IMG/VR virus record: IMGVR_UViG_3300025486_000003
Location: 1 to 50,969 of that record
Reading direction: 5' to 3' (one strand)
Source of the DNA: a virus
Taxonomy: Duplodnaviria; Caudoviricetes
Length of the DNA: 50,969 bases
Of the stretch, positions 8,868 through 18,383 are shown piece after piece. How positions within the stretch are numbered: the first letter of the stretch is position 1; each line of letters opens with the position of its first letter. The notes under the pieces were generated by a model. That model worked only from the letters and a program-made list of their open reading frames with translations, was not told where the DNA came from and did no database searches. The translations under genes and the position numbers were made by a program.

Positions 8868-9587
8868 ATGACATTTATAAATATGGCTGGTCAGAAAATC
8901 AATAAGTGGTCGGTACTCAGCTTTGACCGATTTGATGGTCGTGGCGAAGCATACTGGATATGCCGCTGTGCTTGCGGCAACGTCAGAAGCCTTTCAGGCT
9001 ATACAGTGCGTAAAGGTACAAGCAAGGGATGTATTGCCTGTCGTGAACCACGACGAAAAGGGGTTGATTATGTGGTCGAAAACGGCGTCGCCCGTTTTGG
9101 CTCGCCTGTTACCGGAGAATTTACGGTTTCATTACAAGATGCCGCCTATGTTAGTAGCCACGGGTGGTGCAGGCGAAAACGTGATGGCTATTTTGTTGCT
9201 TCGATAGGGGGTAGAGCTATTCTGCTTCACAGTTTCTTACTAGGATCCCGCAAAGGAATGTATGCGGACCACATCAACGGCGACAGAACTGACAACCGCC
9301 GCGAGAACTTACGTTGGGCAACTCCATCCGAAAGCGCTTGGAATCTTAATATTTCAAGCCGTAACACCAGTGGTTACAAAGGTGTTCATTGGAACAAGCG
9401 ACGCAAAAAATGGCAAGCGTATATCCGCACCCATAATCGACAGCAGACACTCGGGTTTTACGATACCGCTGAAGATGCCGCAAAAAGATATAACGAAGAA
9501 GCAAAAAAGCAACATGGAAATTTCGCATGCATAAATCCGATTGGAGAAACTGGCGGGTATCGTGTAGCGAAGGTGCAATATGTTTGA
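8868..9587 (+). CDS. Free-standing HNH-AP2 homing endonuclease
   Basis: DHINGDRTDNRRENLR (HNH); NTSGYKGVHW...KWQAYI (AP2); N-terminal WICRCACGN. Confidence 0.85.
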   Translation: MTFINMAGQKINKWSVLSFDRFDGRGEAYWICRCACGNVRSLSGYTVRKGTSKGCIACREPRRKGVDYVVENGVARFGSPVTGEFTVSLQDAAYVSSHGWCRRKRDGYFVASIGGRAILLHSFLLGSRKGMYADHINGDRTDNRRENLRWATPSESAWNLNISSRNTSGYKGVHWNKRRKKWQAYIRTHNRQQTLGFYDTAEDAAKRYNEEAKKQHGNFACINPIGETGGYRVAKVQYV

Positions 9588-11586
9588 AAACAGAAGCAAC
9601 CTCCATTTGGATTTAGAAACGTATAGCAGCGTAGACCTCACAAAAAGCGGTCTATATCGTTATTGTGGGTCGCATGATTTTGAAATACTGCTTCTGTCTT
9701 ACGCTTTCGATAGCAGTGACATTCAGACGGTTGACCTCGCAAATGGCGAAAAAGTGCCACAGTGCGTAATTGATGCGGTATTGGATGAGAGTGTTTTAGT
9801 CTGGGCTCACAACAGTTCCTTTGAGCGGGTCTGCCTGTCGCGCTACCTATCGGACACGGGTATAAACCTTGACCCCTTCGCCGACAACCACCAATCAGCC
9901 AGCGTCCTCGGCAAGGTAAAATATCTAAACCCGGTGTCATGGCGCTGCTCCATGGTCTGGTCGGCATATATGGGATTGCCACTTTCTCTTGAAAACGTCG
10001 GCGTGGTGCTTGGTCTGGATAAGCAGAAACTGACCGGGGGTAAGGACCTTATACGATACTTCTGCAAGCCGTGTGCCGCCACCGCCGCCAACGGGCAGCG
10101 AACACGCAATCTCCCAGAACACGCCCCCGACAAGTGGGAAGCATTCAAATCATATAATCGCCGCGATGTGGAAACAGAGCTGTCCATTCAAGCGCGTCTC
10201 GTCAAGTTTCCTGTGCCGGAGTGCATCTGGGCGGAATACGCAGAGGACCAAGTAATCAACGACCGAGGCGTACTGCTTGATATGACGCTTGTAAAAAACG
10301 CCATCGCCGCAGACAAGCGCACAAAATCCGAACTGATGCAGAAGATGCGGCAGCTAACAGAACTGGATAACCCCAACTCCGTAGCACAGCTAAAAGACTG
10401 GCTTGCCGAAAACGGACTGGAAACTGACACCCTCGGCAAGAAGGCGGTCGCAGAAATATTAAAGACCGCATCTGAGCCGTTAGGCGAAGTGTTGTTGCTA
10501 CGTCAGCAATTGGCAAAATCCTCGATCAAAAAGTATCAGGCGATGGAAACGGTGGCCTGTGCCGATAACCGCGCCAGAGGGCTACTCCAATATTATGGCG
10601 CGAATCGAACCGGCAGAGCTGCCGGGAGGCTTATCCAATGCCAGAATCTGCCCCAGAACCACATGAGAGACCTTGAGCAAGCGCGGAACCTTGTGCGTAG
10701 CGGCGATTTCGACACCCTTGAACTGCTCTACGACAATGTGCCGGCGGTGCTCTCTGAGCTCATCCGCACGGCGTTTATCCCAAAAGAAGGTTGCAAGTTT
10801 ATTGTGGCTGATTTTTCTTCAATTGAAAGGGTTGTTTTAGCTTGGATTGCAGGTGAGAAATGGGTGCTTGATGCCTACATTGCAAAAAATGACCTGTATA
10901 TCGCCACAGCTAGTCAAATGTTTAATGTGCCTGTTGAGCAGATAGATAAGAAGAATCCGTTAAGGCAAAAGGGCAAAGTCGCGGACTTGGCATGTGGTTA
11001 CGGCGGCTCGGTTGGCGCGCTAAAGGCGATGGGCGCATTAGATATGGGGCTTTCCGAAGATGAGCTTAAGCCCCTGGTGAATGCATGGCGAAGCGCCAAT
11101 CCCAATATCGTGCGGCTCTGGTGGGACGCCGACAAAGCGGCAAAGACCGCCGTGAAGCATAAGAAGATAACCGAAACCAACGGGATCAGATTCAGCTATC
11201 AGAGCGATATGCTCTTTATTACCCTGCCTAGCGGTAGGAAGCTGGCATACGTCAAGCCGCGCATCGGCGAGAGCCGTTTCGGTTCGGAGTGCGTGACTTA
11301 CGAGGGCATCGGCACGACAAAGAGATGGGAGCGCATTGAGTCCTCGCCCGGCAAGTGGGTCGAGAATATCACCCAAGCTGTGGCAAGGGACATCCTATAC
11401 TACGCCCTAGCGACATTTCGCTCTGCCGATGTAGTCATGCACATTCACGACGAGGTTGTTATCGAGGCTGATAAACGTGTATCGCCTTCTGCTGTATGTG
11501 AGCAGATGAGCCGTGTACCGCCGTGGGCTGCAGGTCTTCCGCTTCGCTGCGATAGTTTCGAAACGCCATTTTATCAAAAATCATGA
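9580..11586 (+). CDS. Phage family A DNA polymerase with 3'-5' exonuclease domain
   Basis: DLETYS, AHNSSFER, RTGR, QNLP, motif A DFSSIE, motif B RQKGKVADLACGYGG, motif C HIHDE. Confidence 0.93.
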   Translation: MFENRSNLHLDLETYSSVDLTKSGLYRYCGSHDFEILLLSYAFDSSDIQTVDLANGEKVPQCVIDAVLDESVLVWAHNSSFERVCLSRYLSDTGINLDPFADNHQSASVLGKVKYLNPVSWRCSMVWSAYMGLPLSLENVGVVLGLDKQKLTGGKDLIRYFCKPCAATAANGQRTRNLPEHAPDKWEAFKSYNRRDVETELSIQARLVKFPVPECIWAEYAEDQVINDRGVLLDMTLVKNAIAADKRTKSELMQKMRQLTELDNPNSVAQLKDWLAENGLETDTLGKKAVAEILKTASEPLGEVLLLRQQLAKSSIKKYQAMETVACADNRARGLLQYYGANRTGRAAGRLIQCQNLPQNHMRDLEQARNLVRSGDFDTLELLYDNVPAVLSELIRTAFIPKEGCKFIVADFSSIERVVLAWIAGEKWVLDAYIAKNDLYIATASQMFNVPVEQIDKKNPLRQKGKVADLACGYGGSVGALKAMGALDMGLSEDELKPLVNAWRSANPNIVRLWWDADKAAKTAVKHKKITETNGIRFSYQSDMLFITLPSGRKLAYVKPRIGESRFGSECVTYEGIGTTKRWERIESSPGKWVENITQAVARDILYYALATFRSADVVMHIHDEVVIEADKRVSPSAVCEQMSRVPPWAAGLPLRCDSFETPFYQKS

Positions 11587-11592
11587 AATACC

Positions 11593-11630
11593 ACTACGGA
11601 ATTGCCGCCTTCGCTGTCCATTAGGAAGTG
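11593..11630 (+). promoter_or_regulatory. Repeated bipartite motif, copy 2
   Basis: ACTACGGA-N13-CTGTCCATTAGGAAGTG, intergenic, upstream of a GGAGG RBS. Confidence 0.6.
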
Positions 11631-11671
11631 GAGGCGGTTATTCGTCTATCACAAATTTGGAGGAAACGAAA

Positions 11672-12061
11672 ATGTTCTATCTTAAAACCAAACTGGCAAA
11701 CGGCAAGGTCTTAAAGGCCAACATCACGGACGAAAACGTGTTTACGCTCTGCCCTAACTGCGCCAGAGAGTTGCCTGTCGACCTTGTAGAGGTTTTCTCG
11801 GACGGCGAGGGTGATCTCTATTCCACAAGCATTATTTGTTCTGCCTGCACCAAGAAGCGCAAACACATTGAGAACATCAAAATCACGGTTGACGGTATCG
11901 CGCTGCTCTCAGACACGCTTTGTCAAGCTGGTTACGGCAAGCAGGTGTATGACCTTTTAGATGAATACGAAATCACGTCGGTTTACGGACTCCTCCCCGA
12001 ACAGTATGAGTCGTTTGCCGAGGCGTTGAAGGCGCTCGTAACAGAAGGCGGTAGAATATGA
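11672..12061 (+). CDS. Hypothetical Zn-ribbon phage protein
   Basis: ATG at 11672 after GGAGG; CPNC...CSAC. Confidence 0.7.
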   Translation: MFYLKTKLANGKVLKANITDENVFTLCPNCARELPVDLVEVFSDGEGDLYSTSIICSACTKKRKHIENIKITVDGIALLSDTLCQAGYGKQVYDLLDEYEITSVYGLLPEQYESFAEALKALVTEGGRI

Positions 12062-12450
12062 AAAACTCAGAAGGCTACCCGGATCCGACCGCCGAGATTG
12101 CCATTGCAAACGTGATCAAAGCTTATCGACCGCTTGTCTATATCGCTTCGCCTTTCATGGGTGATGTGGAATACAACATTTCCCGCGCCAGAGGTTACTG
12201 TCACTTTGCCATAAGTCGAGGATGTATCCCCATTGCCCCGCATCTCCATTTTCCGCAGTTTATGGATGATAGCGACCGCGATGAGCGAGAACTTGGGCTG
12301 CTTTGTAAATGTGATGAAGTATGGGTGTTTGGTAGCCGCATAAGTGATGGCATGAGAAAAGAAATCGCTAAAGCCAAAAAACGAGGCATTCCCGTCAGAT
12401 ACTTCAACGCCAAGTGCAAGGAGGAATCGTTGGATGAAGGAACTGATTAA
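12058..12450 (+). CDS. DUF4406-like / nucleoside deoxyribosyltransferase-fold protein
   Basis: VYIASPF, PIAPHLHFPQF, KCDEVWVFG..ISDGM..EI..A. Confidence 0.7.
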   Translation: MKNSEGYPDPTAEIAIANVIKAYRPLVYIASPFMGDVEYNISRARGYCHFAISRGCIPIAPHLHFPQFMDDSDRDERELGLLCKCDEVWVFGSRISDGMRKEIAKAKKRGIPVRYFNAKCKEESLDEGTD

Positions 12451-14815
12451 AATCTCCGTCTGCAACCGCAATACGGATAGGAAATATAAGAATCAGGAGC
12501 ATTCATGGGAATACATCGTCAACCGCAATCGCACCCCGCGCAGAACGACGGAGACCGCCGAGGAGTACCCGAAGCTGTCCAAGCAGCGCAGGGAAGAAGC
12601 CAAAGACCACGGCGGTTTCGTGGGCGGATGGTTAAAAGGCGGCATCCGCAAGAACGGAAACGTTATTTGCCGCAGTGTCGGCGTGCTTGACGCGGACAAT
12701 ATTCCAAAAAATGCAGACTTCATCAGCGCCGCAGCAGCCGCTCTTGCGGGGTTGACGTATTTTATCTACTCCACTCACAGCCATACGCCGGCAAGTCCGC
12801 GATACAGAGTGGTCATCTTGTTTGGCCGAGAAGTCAGCGCAGACGAATATCCTGCCCTGATGCGCATGGTGGCAAAGGAAATAGGTATTGATTATTTTGA
12901 CGATACCACCTATCAGGCAAACCGCATGATGTACTGGGCTTCCTGCTCGGCAAACGGCGAGTTCGTCTTTGAGGAAACATCCGGCGAAGCGCTCGATCCC
13001 GATAAGTATCTAAATAAGTACGACGACTGGCGGGATGTGACCCAGTGGCCAACTTCATCGCGGGAAAGCGAGGTCCGCAAACATGAGATTAAGAGCCAGC
13101 AAGACCCGCTTGAAAAAAACGGTCTGGTTGGTGCGTTCTGCAGTGCTTATCCCATAGAGGAGGCAATCTCCGAATTTCTTCTTGATATCTACGAACCAGC
13201 GGCAGTCGATGGTCGCTATCAGTTTAAGGAAGCCGACTCCACGGCGGGCGTGGTCATTTACGACAGTAAATGGTCCTACTCCCACCACGCCTCAGACCCT
13301 GCGGGCGGCAAGCTCTTAAACGCCTTTGACCTTATCAGAACTCACAAATTTCCCGACCTCGATGAAAAGGCGTCGTTTAAGGCGATGTGTGACTTTGCCG
13401 TATCGCTTGACAGGGTGAAACTCCATCTGGACAAGGATCGTCAGGCTCAGGCGCAAGCAGATTTTGACACAGAATCCGGTGACTGGCGAACGCTCCTAAA
13501 ATATCAACCACGCAGCAGCGTTCTGGAAAACAGCGTCTGGAATGAAATGCTTATCCTCAACAACGACCCTGATTTCGCCAGTTTTGCCTATAACGAACTG
13601 GCAAACAGGGTTCAGGTTACAGGCAAGGTGCCATGGGAGCGGCCGCCTGATAACAAGTTCTGGCGTGACGCTGACACAGCGCAGATGAAGGCGCTAATTG
13701 ATATCCGCTACGTTGCTTTCTCAAGCCGTAATCACGATGTCAGTTTCACAAAGGTGGCTGACGATAGGCGGTTCCACCCGATAAGAGATTACCTTGACGG
13801 ATTACCACCATGGGACGGGACGCAGCGGGTACCGACACTGCTCGTGCGCTGTCTGCAAGCAGATGATACGCCGTATGTACGGGCAGTCACCCGCAAGACA
13901 CTTGCAGCAGCTGTCGCCAGGGTCTACAAGCCAGGCACAAAGTTTGACAGCGTGCTCGTGCTAGACGGAGAGCAAGGCATCGGTAAAAGCACCTTGTTTA
14001 AAGACCTCGTGGGCGATGAGTATTACACGGAAACGCTGACCTTGACCGATATGGATGACAAGTCAGGCGCTGAGAAGCTGCAGGGCTTCTGGGTGGCGGA
14101 AATCGGCGAACTTGCCGGCATGAAGAAGGCTGACATTGAAAAGGTGAAGGCTTTCCTCTCAACTTCTGACGACAAGTACCGCCCAAGCTACGGAAAGACA
14201 GTTGAGAGCCACCCGCGCCAGTGCATCATCATCGCCTCTGTCAATGGCGAGCGCGGATACCTCCGCGACATCACAGGTAACCGCCGTTTCTGGATTGTAA
14301 AGGTGCATCAGGAGGAGCAGATCAAGAAATGGAACTTCAGCGCCGAGGAACGTGACCAGATCTGGGCCGAGGCTAAAACCATCTGGGAAAGCGGAGAGAA
14401 GCTCTACCTTGAAGGGCGCCTTGTTAAGGAAGCTGAGGAAACTCAGCGTGACGCCATGGAAGTCGATGAGCGCCAAGGCTTGGTCGAGGAGTATCTTGAG
14501 ACCTTGCTCCCCGAGAATTGGGCCAGTATGGACATCTATGCTCGCCGAAGCTATATCGCCGACAAGGACGCTCCGACATCACAGGCAGGCAAAGTGCGCC
14601 GCGAGACGGTCAGCAACGCCGAGATTTGGGTAGAGTGCTTCGGGCGAAGTCTTCCTGAACTAAAACCTGCCGATTCTTATGCTTTAGCTGCTTTAATGAC
14701 TCGCGTTAGCGGGTGGCAAAGGACAAAGGTTAGGAAGCGGATACCCATCTACGGCATGCAGCGGCTTTACTGTAGAGTTGTGGCAGAGGCATACCGGAGA
14801 ACGCCCGCTGTATAA
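12434..14815 (+). CDS. VirE-family primase-helicase
   Basis: N-terminal LDAD / YSTHSH..RYR primase-like motifs; Walker A GEQGIGKST; TGNRRFW. Confidence 0.88.
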   Translation: MKELIKISVCNRNTDRKYKNQEHSWEYIVNRNRTPRRTTETAEEYPKLSKQRREEAKDHGGFVGGWLKGGIRKNGNVICRSVGVLDADNIPKNADFISAAAAALAGLTYFIYSTHSHTPASPRYRVVILFGREVSADEYPALMRMVAKEIGIDYFDDTTYQANRMMYWASCSANGEFVFEETSGEALDPDKYLNKYDDWRDVTQWPTSSRESEVRKHEIKSQQDPLEKNGLVGAFCSAYPIEEAISEFLLDIYEPAAVDGRYQFKEADSTAGVVIYDSKWSYSHHASDPAGGKLLNAFDLIRTHKFPDLDEKASFKAMCDFAVSLDRVKLHLDKDRQAQAQADFDTESGDWRTLLKYQPRSSVLENSVWNEMLILNNDPDFASFAYNELANRVQVTGKVPWERPPDNKFWRDADTAQMKALIDIRYVAFSSRNHDVSFTKVADDRRFHPIRDYLDGLPPWDGTQRVPTLLVRCLQADDTPYVRAVTRKTLAAAVARVYKPGTKFDSVLVLDGEQGIGKSTLFKDLVGDEYYTETLTLTDMDDKSGAEKLQGFWVAEIGELAGMKKADIEKVKAFLSTSDDKYRPSYGKTVESHPRQCIIIASVNGERGYLRDITGNRRFWIVKVHQEEQIKKWNFSAEERDQIWAEAKTIWESGEKLYLEGRLVKEAEETQRDAMEVDERQGLVEEYLETLLPENWASMDIYARRSYIADKDAPTSQAGKVRRETVSNAEIWVECFGRSLPELKPADSYALAALMTRVSGWQRTKVRKRIPIYGMQRLYCRVVAEAYRRTPAV

Positions 14816-14919
14816 GGGCTTGTTAAAGGTCTAGGACAAGTGGGAATAGAGTTGTCGCAGAGGCATACCGGAGAACGCCTGCTGCATAAGGGTTTGTTAA
14901 ATGTCTAGGACAAGTGGGA
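14773..14919. repeat. Tandem 73-bp direct repeat, two copies, period 74 (candidate origin region)
   Basis: 14773-14845 and 14847-14919 differ at 5 positions; followed by an AT-rich tract. Confidence 0.9.
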
Positions 14920-15095
14920 CAAGTATTTCCTATATATTCAAAATGCTTTTTTATAAATACAGAAAAGCAATAGTACGCGCGTAAGTAATATATAGGAAAA
15001 ATCGTTGAGGTTGTCGCAGAAAGACCTGAAACCCCAATGGATAAAGGGGTTTGGGCTGTGACGACTAAATCATGAAACTCGTCACAGAGGTGATT

Positions 15096-15377
15096 ATGAA
15101 AGAAAAGATTCTGGAGGGCAAACTGGTCGAGGCTGTGAAGGCTACGGGAGGCATCGCGCTAAAATTTGTTTCACCAAATTACTACGGAATGCCTGACCGG
15201 CTTGTCCTTTTACCAATAGGGAGACTTGCTTTCGTGGAGGTCAAACAGTACGGAGAGCATCCGCGTCCATTACAGGAAGCAAGGCATGGAATGCTTCGGC
15301 GCTTAGGCTTCAAGGTCTTTGTGCTTGACCGCCCCGAACAAATTAAGCAGATATTGGAGGATATCGCGAATGGATAA
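15096..15377 (+). CDS. VRR-NUC domain nuclease
   Basis: KFVSP..GMPDRLVL...FVEVK...RPLQ. Confidence 0.85.
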   Translation: MKEKILEGKLVEAVKATGGIALKFVSPNYYGMPDRLVLLPIGRLAFVEVKQYGEHPRPLQEARHGMLRRLGFKVFVLDRPEQIKQILEDIANG

Positions 15378-16071
15378 CCGACTTATAAGCCTTGGACTAA
15401 CCGTGAGAGACGGCAAAGCCGTTGTCTCAAGCCGCGACATCGCGCGGGTTTTTGAGAAAGAACACAAACACGTGATGCGTGATGTCCGAGGCATCATTGA
15501 AAACGACCCATCTTGGGGTCAGTCCAATTTTGGACACACCCCCTACCTGGAGCCACAAAACGGACAGACCTATTATGAATACGCTATCACACGAGACGGC
15601 TTCACGCTTCTTGTCATGGGTTACACGGGCGAAAAGGCGATGCAGTTTAAGAAAGCATACATCGCAGCCTTCAACGAAATGGAGCGCAGACTTGCGCCCC
15701 GGAACTACAAGGAGGCTTTACTTGCCCTCATAGCAGCGGAGGAAGTCCGGGAAGCCCTCGAACTTACAGCCGCCAAGTACGAAGGGCAAACTGATACGGT
15801 GGAGCTTTATAAGATCGGCGAAATTGCCGAGGAGCTAGGAACCACTGCCGTAACCTTGAATCGCTTTCTTTGCGACTGCCGTGTGCAGTATAAACCAAAT
15901 GGCTCACAAACATGGCGGCTTTATGCCGACTATATCGGCAGGAATCTTGCGCTTCCAAGACTTGTGAAGCTAGACAATGGCTATGAATTGCCGATGCTGC
16001 TTTGGACGGCTAAAGGTCGCGACTTTATCTTCGACCTTGCCGAACGGGAGATGCCAAGATGGTACGCCTAA
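15370..16071 (+). CDS. Rha-family regulator with a KilAC-like antirepressor C-terminus
   Basis: VSSRDIARVFEKEHKHVMRD, TRDGFTLLVMGYTGEKA.QFK.AYI.AFNEME, WTAKGRDFI. Confidence 0.85.
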   Translation: MDNRLISLGLTVRDGKAVVSSRDIARVFEKEHKHVMRDVRGIIENDPSWGQSNFGHTPYLEPQNGQTYYEYAITRDGFTLLVMGYTGEKAMQFKKAYIAAFNEMERRLAPRNYKEALLALIAAEEVREALELTAAKYEGQTDTVELYKIGEIAEELGTTAVTLNRFLCDCRVQYKPNGSQTWRLYADYIGRNLALPRLVKLDNGYELPMLLWTAKGRDFIFDLAEREMPRWYA

Positions 16072-17408
16072 ATTATGCATCCCACCATTATCAAAGATTT
16101 GCTACTGACTTCATCTTGAGCAACCCTATAAGCGCGATATTTCTCTCGATGGGGCTTGGCAAGAGCGTTATCACTCTGAGTGCCATAAACGATCTGCTCT
16201 ACGATTACTTTGACGTTGGCAAAGTCCTAGTTATCGCCCCGTTGCGGGTCTGCACAAATGTCTGGAAGCAGGAAACGGAAAAGTGGTCTCATCTGCAAGG
16301 ATTAAAGGTCTCGGTTGCGGTCGGTACGGAGCGCGAAAGGCTTGCCGCACTTAATGCCAAGGCGGACATTTACATCATAAATCGCGAAAATGTCCAGTGG
16401 CTCATAGAGGAAAGCGGCATCCCTTTTAACTTTGATATGCTGGTCATCGATGAACTGTCATCGTTTAAGAACCACCAGTCAAAGCGCTTCCGCTCACTAA
16501 TGAAGGTTCGCCCCAAAGTAAAACGAGTGGTCGGACTGACGGGAACGCCCTCAAGCAACGGCCTGATGGATTTATGGGCACAGTTTAGGCTTCTTGATCT
16601 GGGGCAGCGGCTTGGCCGGTTTATTGGAAAGTACCGAAGCGACTATTTCCTGCCGGACAAACGGAATGGCCAGGTCATCTTCAGCTATAAACCCTTGCCG
16701 AAGGCTGAGGAGCGCATCTACAACAAAATCGGAGACATCACCATCAGTATGAAAACAGCCGACCATCTCCAGATGCCGGAACTGCTGATGGTGGAACACA
16801 ATGTGCGATTATCAGAAACGGAACTCAAGCGTTACGATGAACTAAAACGTGATCTCGTGCTTAGCCTAACTGGCGGCGAGGTCAGCGCCGCAAACGCCGC
16901 CGCCTTGAGTAACAAGCTGCTCCAGCTGGCAAACGGCGCAGTCTACGGCGACGTCGGCGAAGTGTTTTGCATCCATGACCGCAAGCTAGATGCGTTGGAG
17001 GATCTGATTGAGGCGGCAAACGGCAAGCCAGTTTTAATTGCTTACTGGTTCAAGCACGACCTGACGCGCATACTGGAGCGATTTCCCGCAGAAAAGCTGG
17101 ATGGCGCTGACTCTATCAAACGCTGGAATGACGGTGAAATCCCTGTGGCGGTCATCCATCCTGCTTCTGCCGGGCATGGGCTGAACTTGCAGGCCGGCGG
17201 CTCTACTCTCGTGTGGTTCGGACTTACCTGGAGCCTGGAGCTCTACCAGCAGACAGGCGCCCGGCTCTGGCGGCAGGGGCAGAAAGACACGGTGGTCATC
17301 CACCACATCATCGCCAAAGGTACGATTGACGAGCAAGTCATGGCCGTCCTTAAGCGGAAGGACAAAACCCAGACCGCCCTGATTGAGGCGGTCAAAGCAA
17401 ATTTGTAA
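16059..17408 (+). CDS. Phage SNF2-like helicase
   Basis: MGLGKS, VIDELSSFK, LTGTP, HPASAGHGLNLQ, RLWRQGQ. Confidence 0.9.
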   Translation: MVRLNYASHHYQRFATDFILSNPISAIFLSMGLGKSVITLSAINDLLYDYFDVGKVLVIAPLRVCTNVWKQETEKWSHLQGLKVSVAVGTERERLAALNAKADIYIINRENVQWLIEESGIPFNFDMLVIDELSSFKNHQSKRFRSLMKVRPKVKRVVGLTGTPSSNGLMDLWAQFRLLDLGQRLGRFIGKYRSDYFLPDKRNGQVIFSYKPLPKAEERIYNKIGDITISMKTADHLQMPELLMVEHNVRLSETELKRYDELKRDLVLSLTGGEVSAANAAALSNKLLQLANGAVYGDVGEVFCIHDRKLDALEDLIEAANGKPVLIAYWFKHDLTRILERFPAEKLDGADSIKRWNDGEIPVAVIHPASAGHGLNLQAGGSTLVWFGLTWSLELYQQTGARLWRQGQKDTVVIHHIIAKGTIDEQVMAVLKRKDKTQTALIEAVKANL

Positions 17409-17487
17409 ACCTACGGAGTAAATCAACGACAGCTAAAGCCAAAAGCTGCCAATCCGAGGGAAACAAAACCGAATCGGAGGTAGGCTT

Positions 17488-17703
17488 ATGAGCGAAGTAA
17501 CAACTGAGCGCGTCAGATGCGCGGCTTGCCGGTTTGCATGTCCCGACGAATCGGCAAGCAGCAAGATATGGACGGCTTTCCAGTGCGGCAACGATAAAAG
17601 CGAGTATCACAGGTGCCTGCTAAACATCACGCCAAACGGCGACAAGCAGTCGCGGATAACCTGGACAGGATGTGAACTCGGGGAAAGGAGGCGGTGTTTA
17701 TGA
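17488..17703 (+). CDS. Small Cys-rich hypothetical protein
   Basis: GGAGGT RBS; CAACRF...C...C...GC. Confidence 0.6.
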   Translation: MSEVTTERVRCAACRFACPDESASSKIWTAFQCGNDKSEYHRCLLNITPNGDKQSRITWTGCELGERRRCL

Positions 17704-18128
17704 CGGTTAAGGAGTACTTGGCCCAAACGCGGCGGATAAACCGCCTTATAGACGCAAAATTAGAGCAGGTACGAACACTTCGGGAGCTAGCCGCCAAAGC
17801 CACATCCACTCTCTCTCCGACACCGCCGAGCGAGACGCGCAATGTCCACCGCATGGAGGAGATCATCGCCAAAATGCTGGATTTGGAGAATGAAATAAAC
17901 TTAGACATCGACAGGCTCGTCGACTTGAAGCGGGACATTGCGAATGCTATCCGTTCTTTGAATAGCCCAGATTACAGGGTACTCCTGGAACTGCGCTATC
18001 TCTGCTTCAAAACATGGGATGAAATCGCGGCGGATTTTCATTGCAGCGTGCGCCACGTTCACCGAATACACGGCGAAGCGTTAGCCGCCTGCTCGGAGCG
18101 AGTAAAAGATGTCACTATAATCTGTTGA
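17700..18128 (+). CDS. RinA/DUF1492-like late transcriptional activator
   Basis: MTVKEYL...LLELRYLCFKTWDEIAADF.CS.RHVHRIHGEAL; last gene before packaging. Confidence 0.8.
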   Translation: MTVKEYLAQTRRINRLIDAKLEQVRTLRELAAKATSTLSPTPPSETRNVHRMEEIIAKMLDLENEINLDIDRLVDLKRDIANAIRSLNSPDYRVLLELRYLCFKTWDEIAADFHCSVRHVHRIHGEALAACSERVKDVTIIC

Positions 18129-18160
18129 ATGTCACAGCAAAAGTTTGATAGCATTAGAAT
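18109..18160 (+). promoter_or_regulatory. Candidate activator-dependent late promoter
   Basis: Direct repeat ATGTCAC at 18109 and 18129, then TAGAAT at 18155, at the 3' end of the RinA-like gene. Confidence 0.45.
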
Positions 18161-18263
18161 AGCGAAACGTAGCTTCCAAGTATACAAGCAATCTTTTTTG
18201 GAGGGCACTTTGAAAATACCATAAACTATAAACCCTTGCATTAAATGGAAATATCATACTCCA

Positions 18264-18292
18264 TTGACAATCATTGTATTTCATGATAAGCT
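18264..18292 (+). promoter_or_regulatory. Sigma-A promoter of the Gre-like moron
   Basis: TTGACA-N17-TAAGCT with an extended TG. Confidence 0.55.
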
Positions 18293-18383
18293 TCCCTTAA
18301 CTGGGTGTTTCGCCTATTGGCGAAGCTCCCTTGCCTTTTATATGGGGGCTTGCCATTTAATGGGTATCTATGGAGGGGTTAAT

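Noticed and set aside
14773-14919. Possible CRISPR array
   Set aside because: Two contiguous 73-bp copies with no spacers; the Cas4-like DUF2800 is a normal phage exonuclease and no cas operon is present.
17409-17440. Third copy of the ACTACGGA promoter-like motif
   Set aside because: Only CTACGGA matches; the downstream CTGTCCA block is absent.
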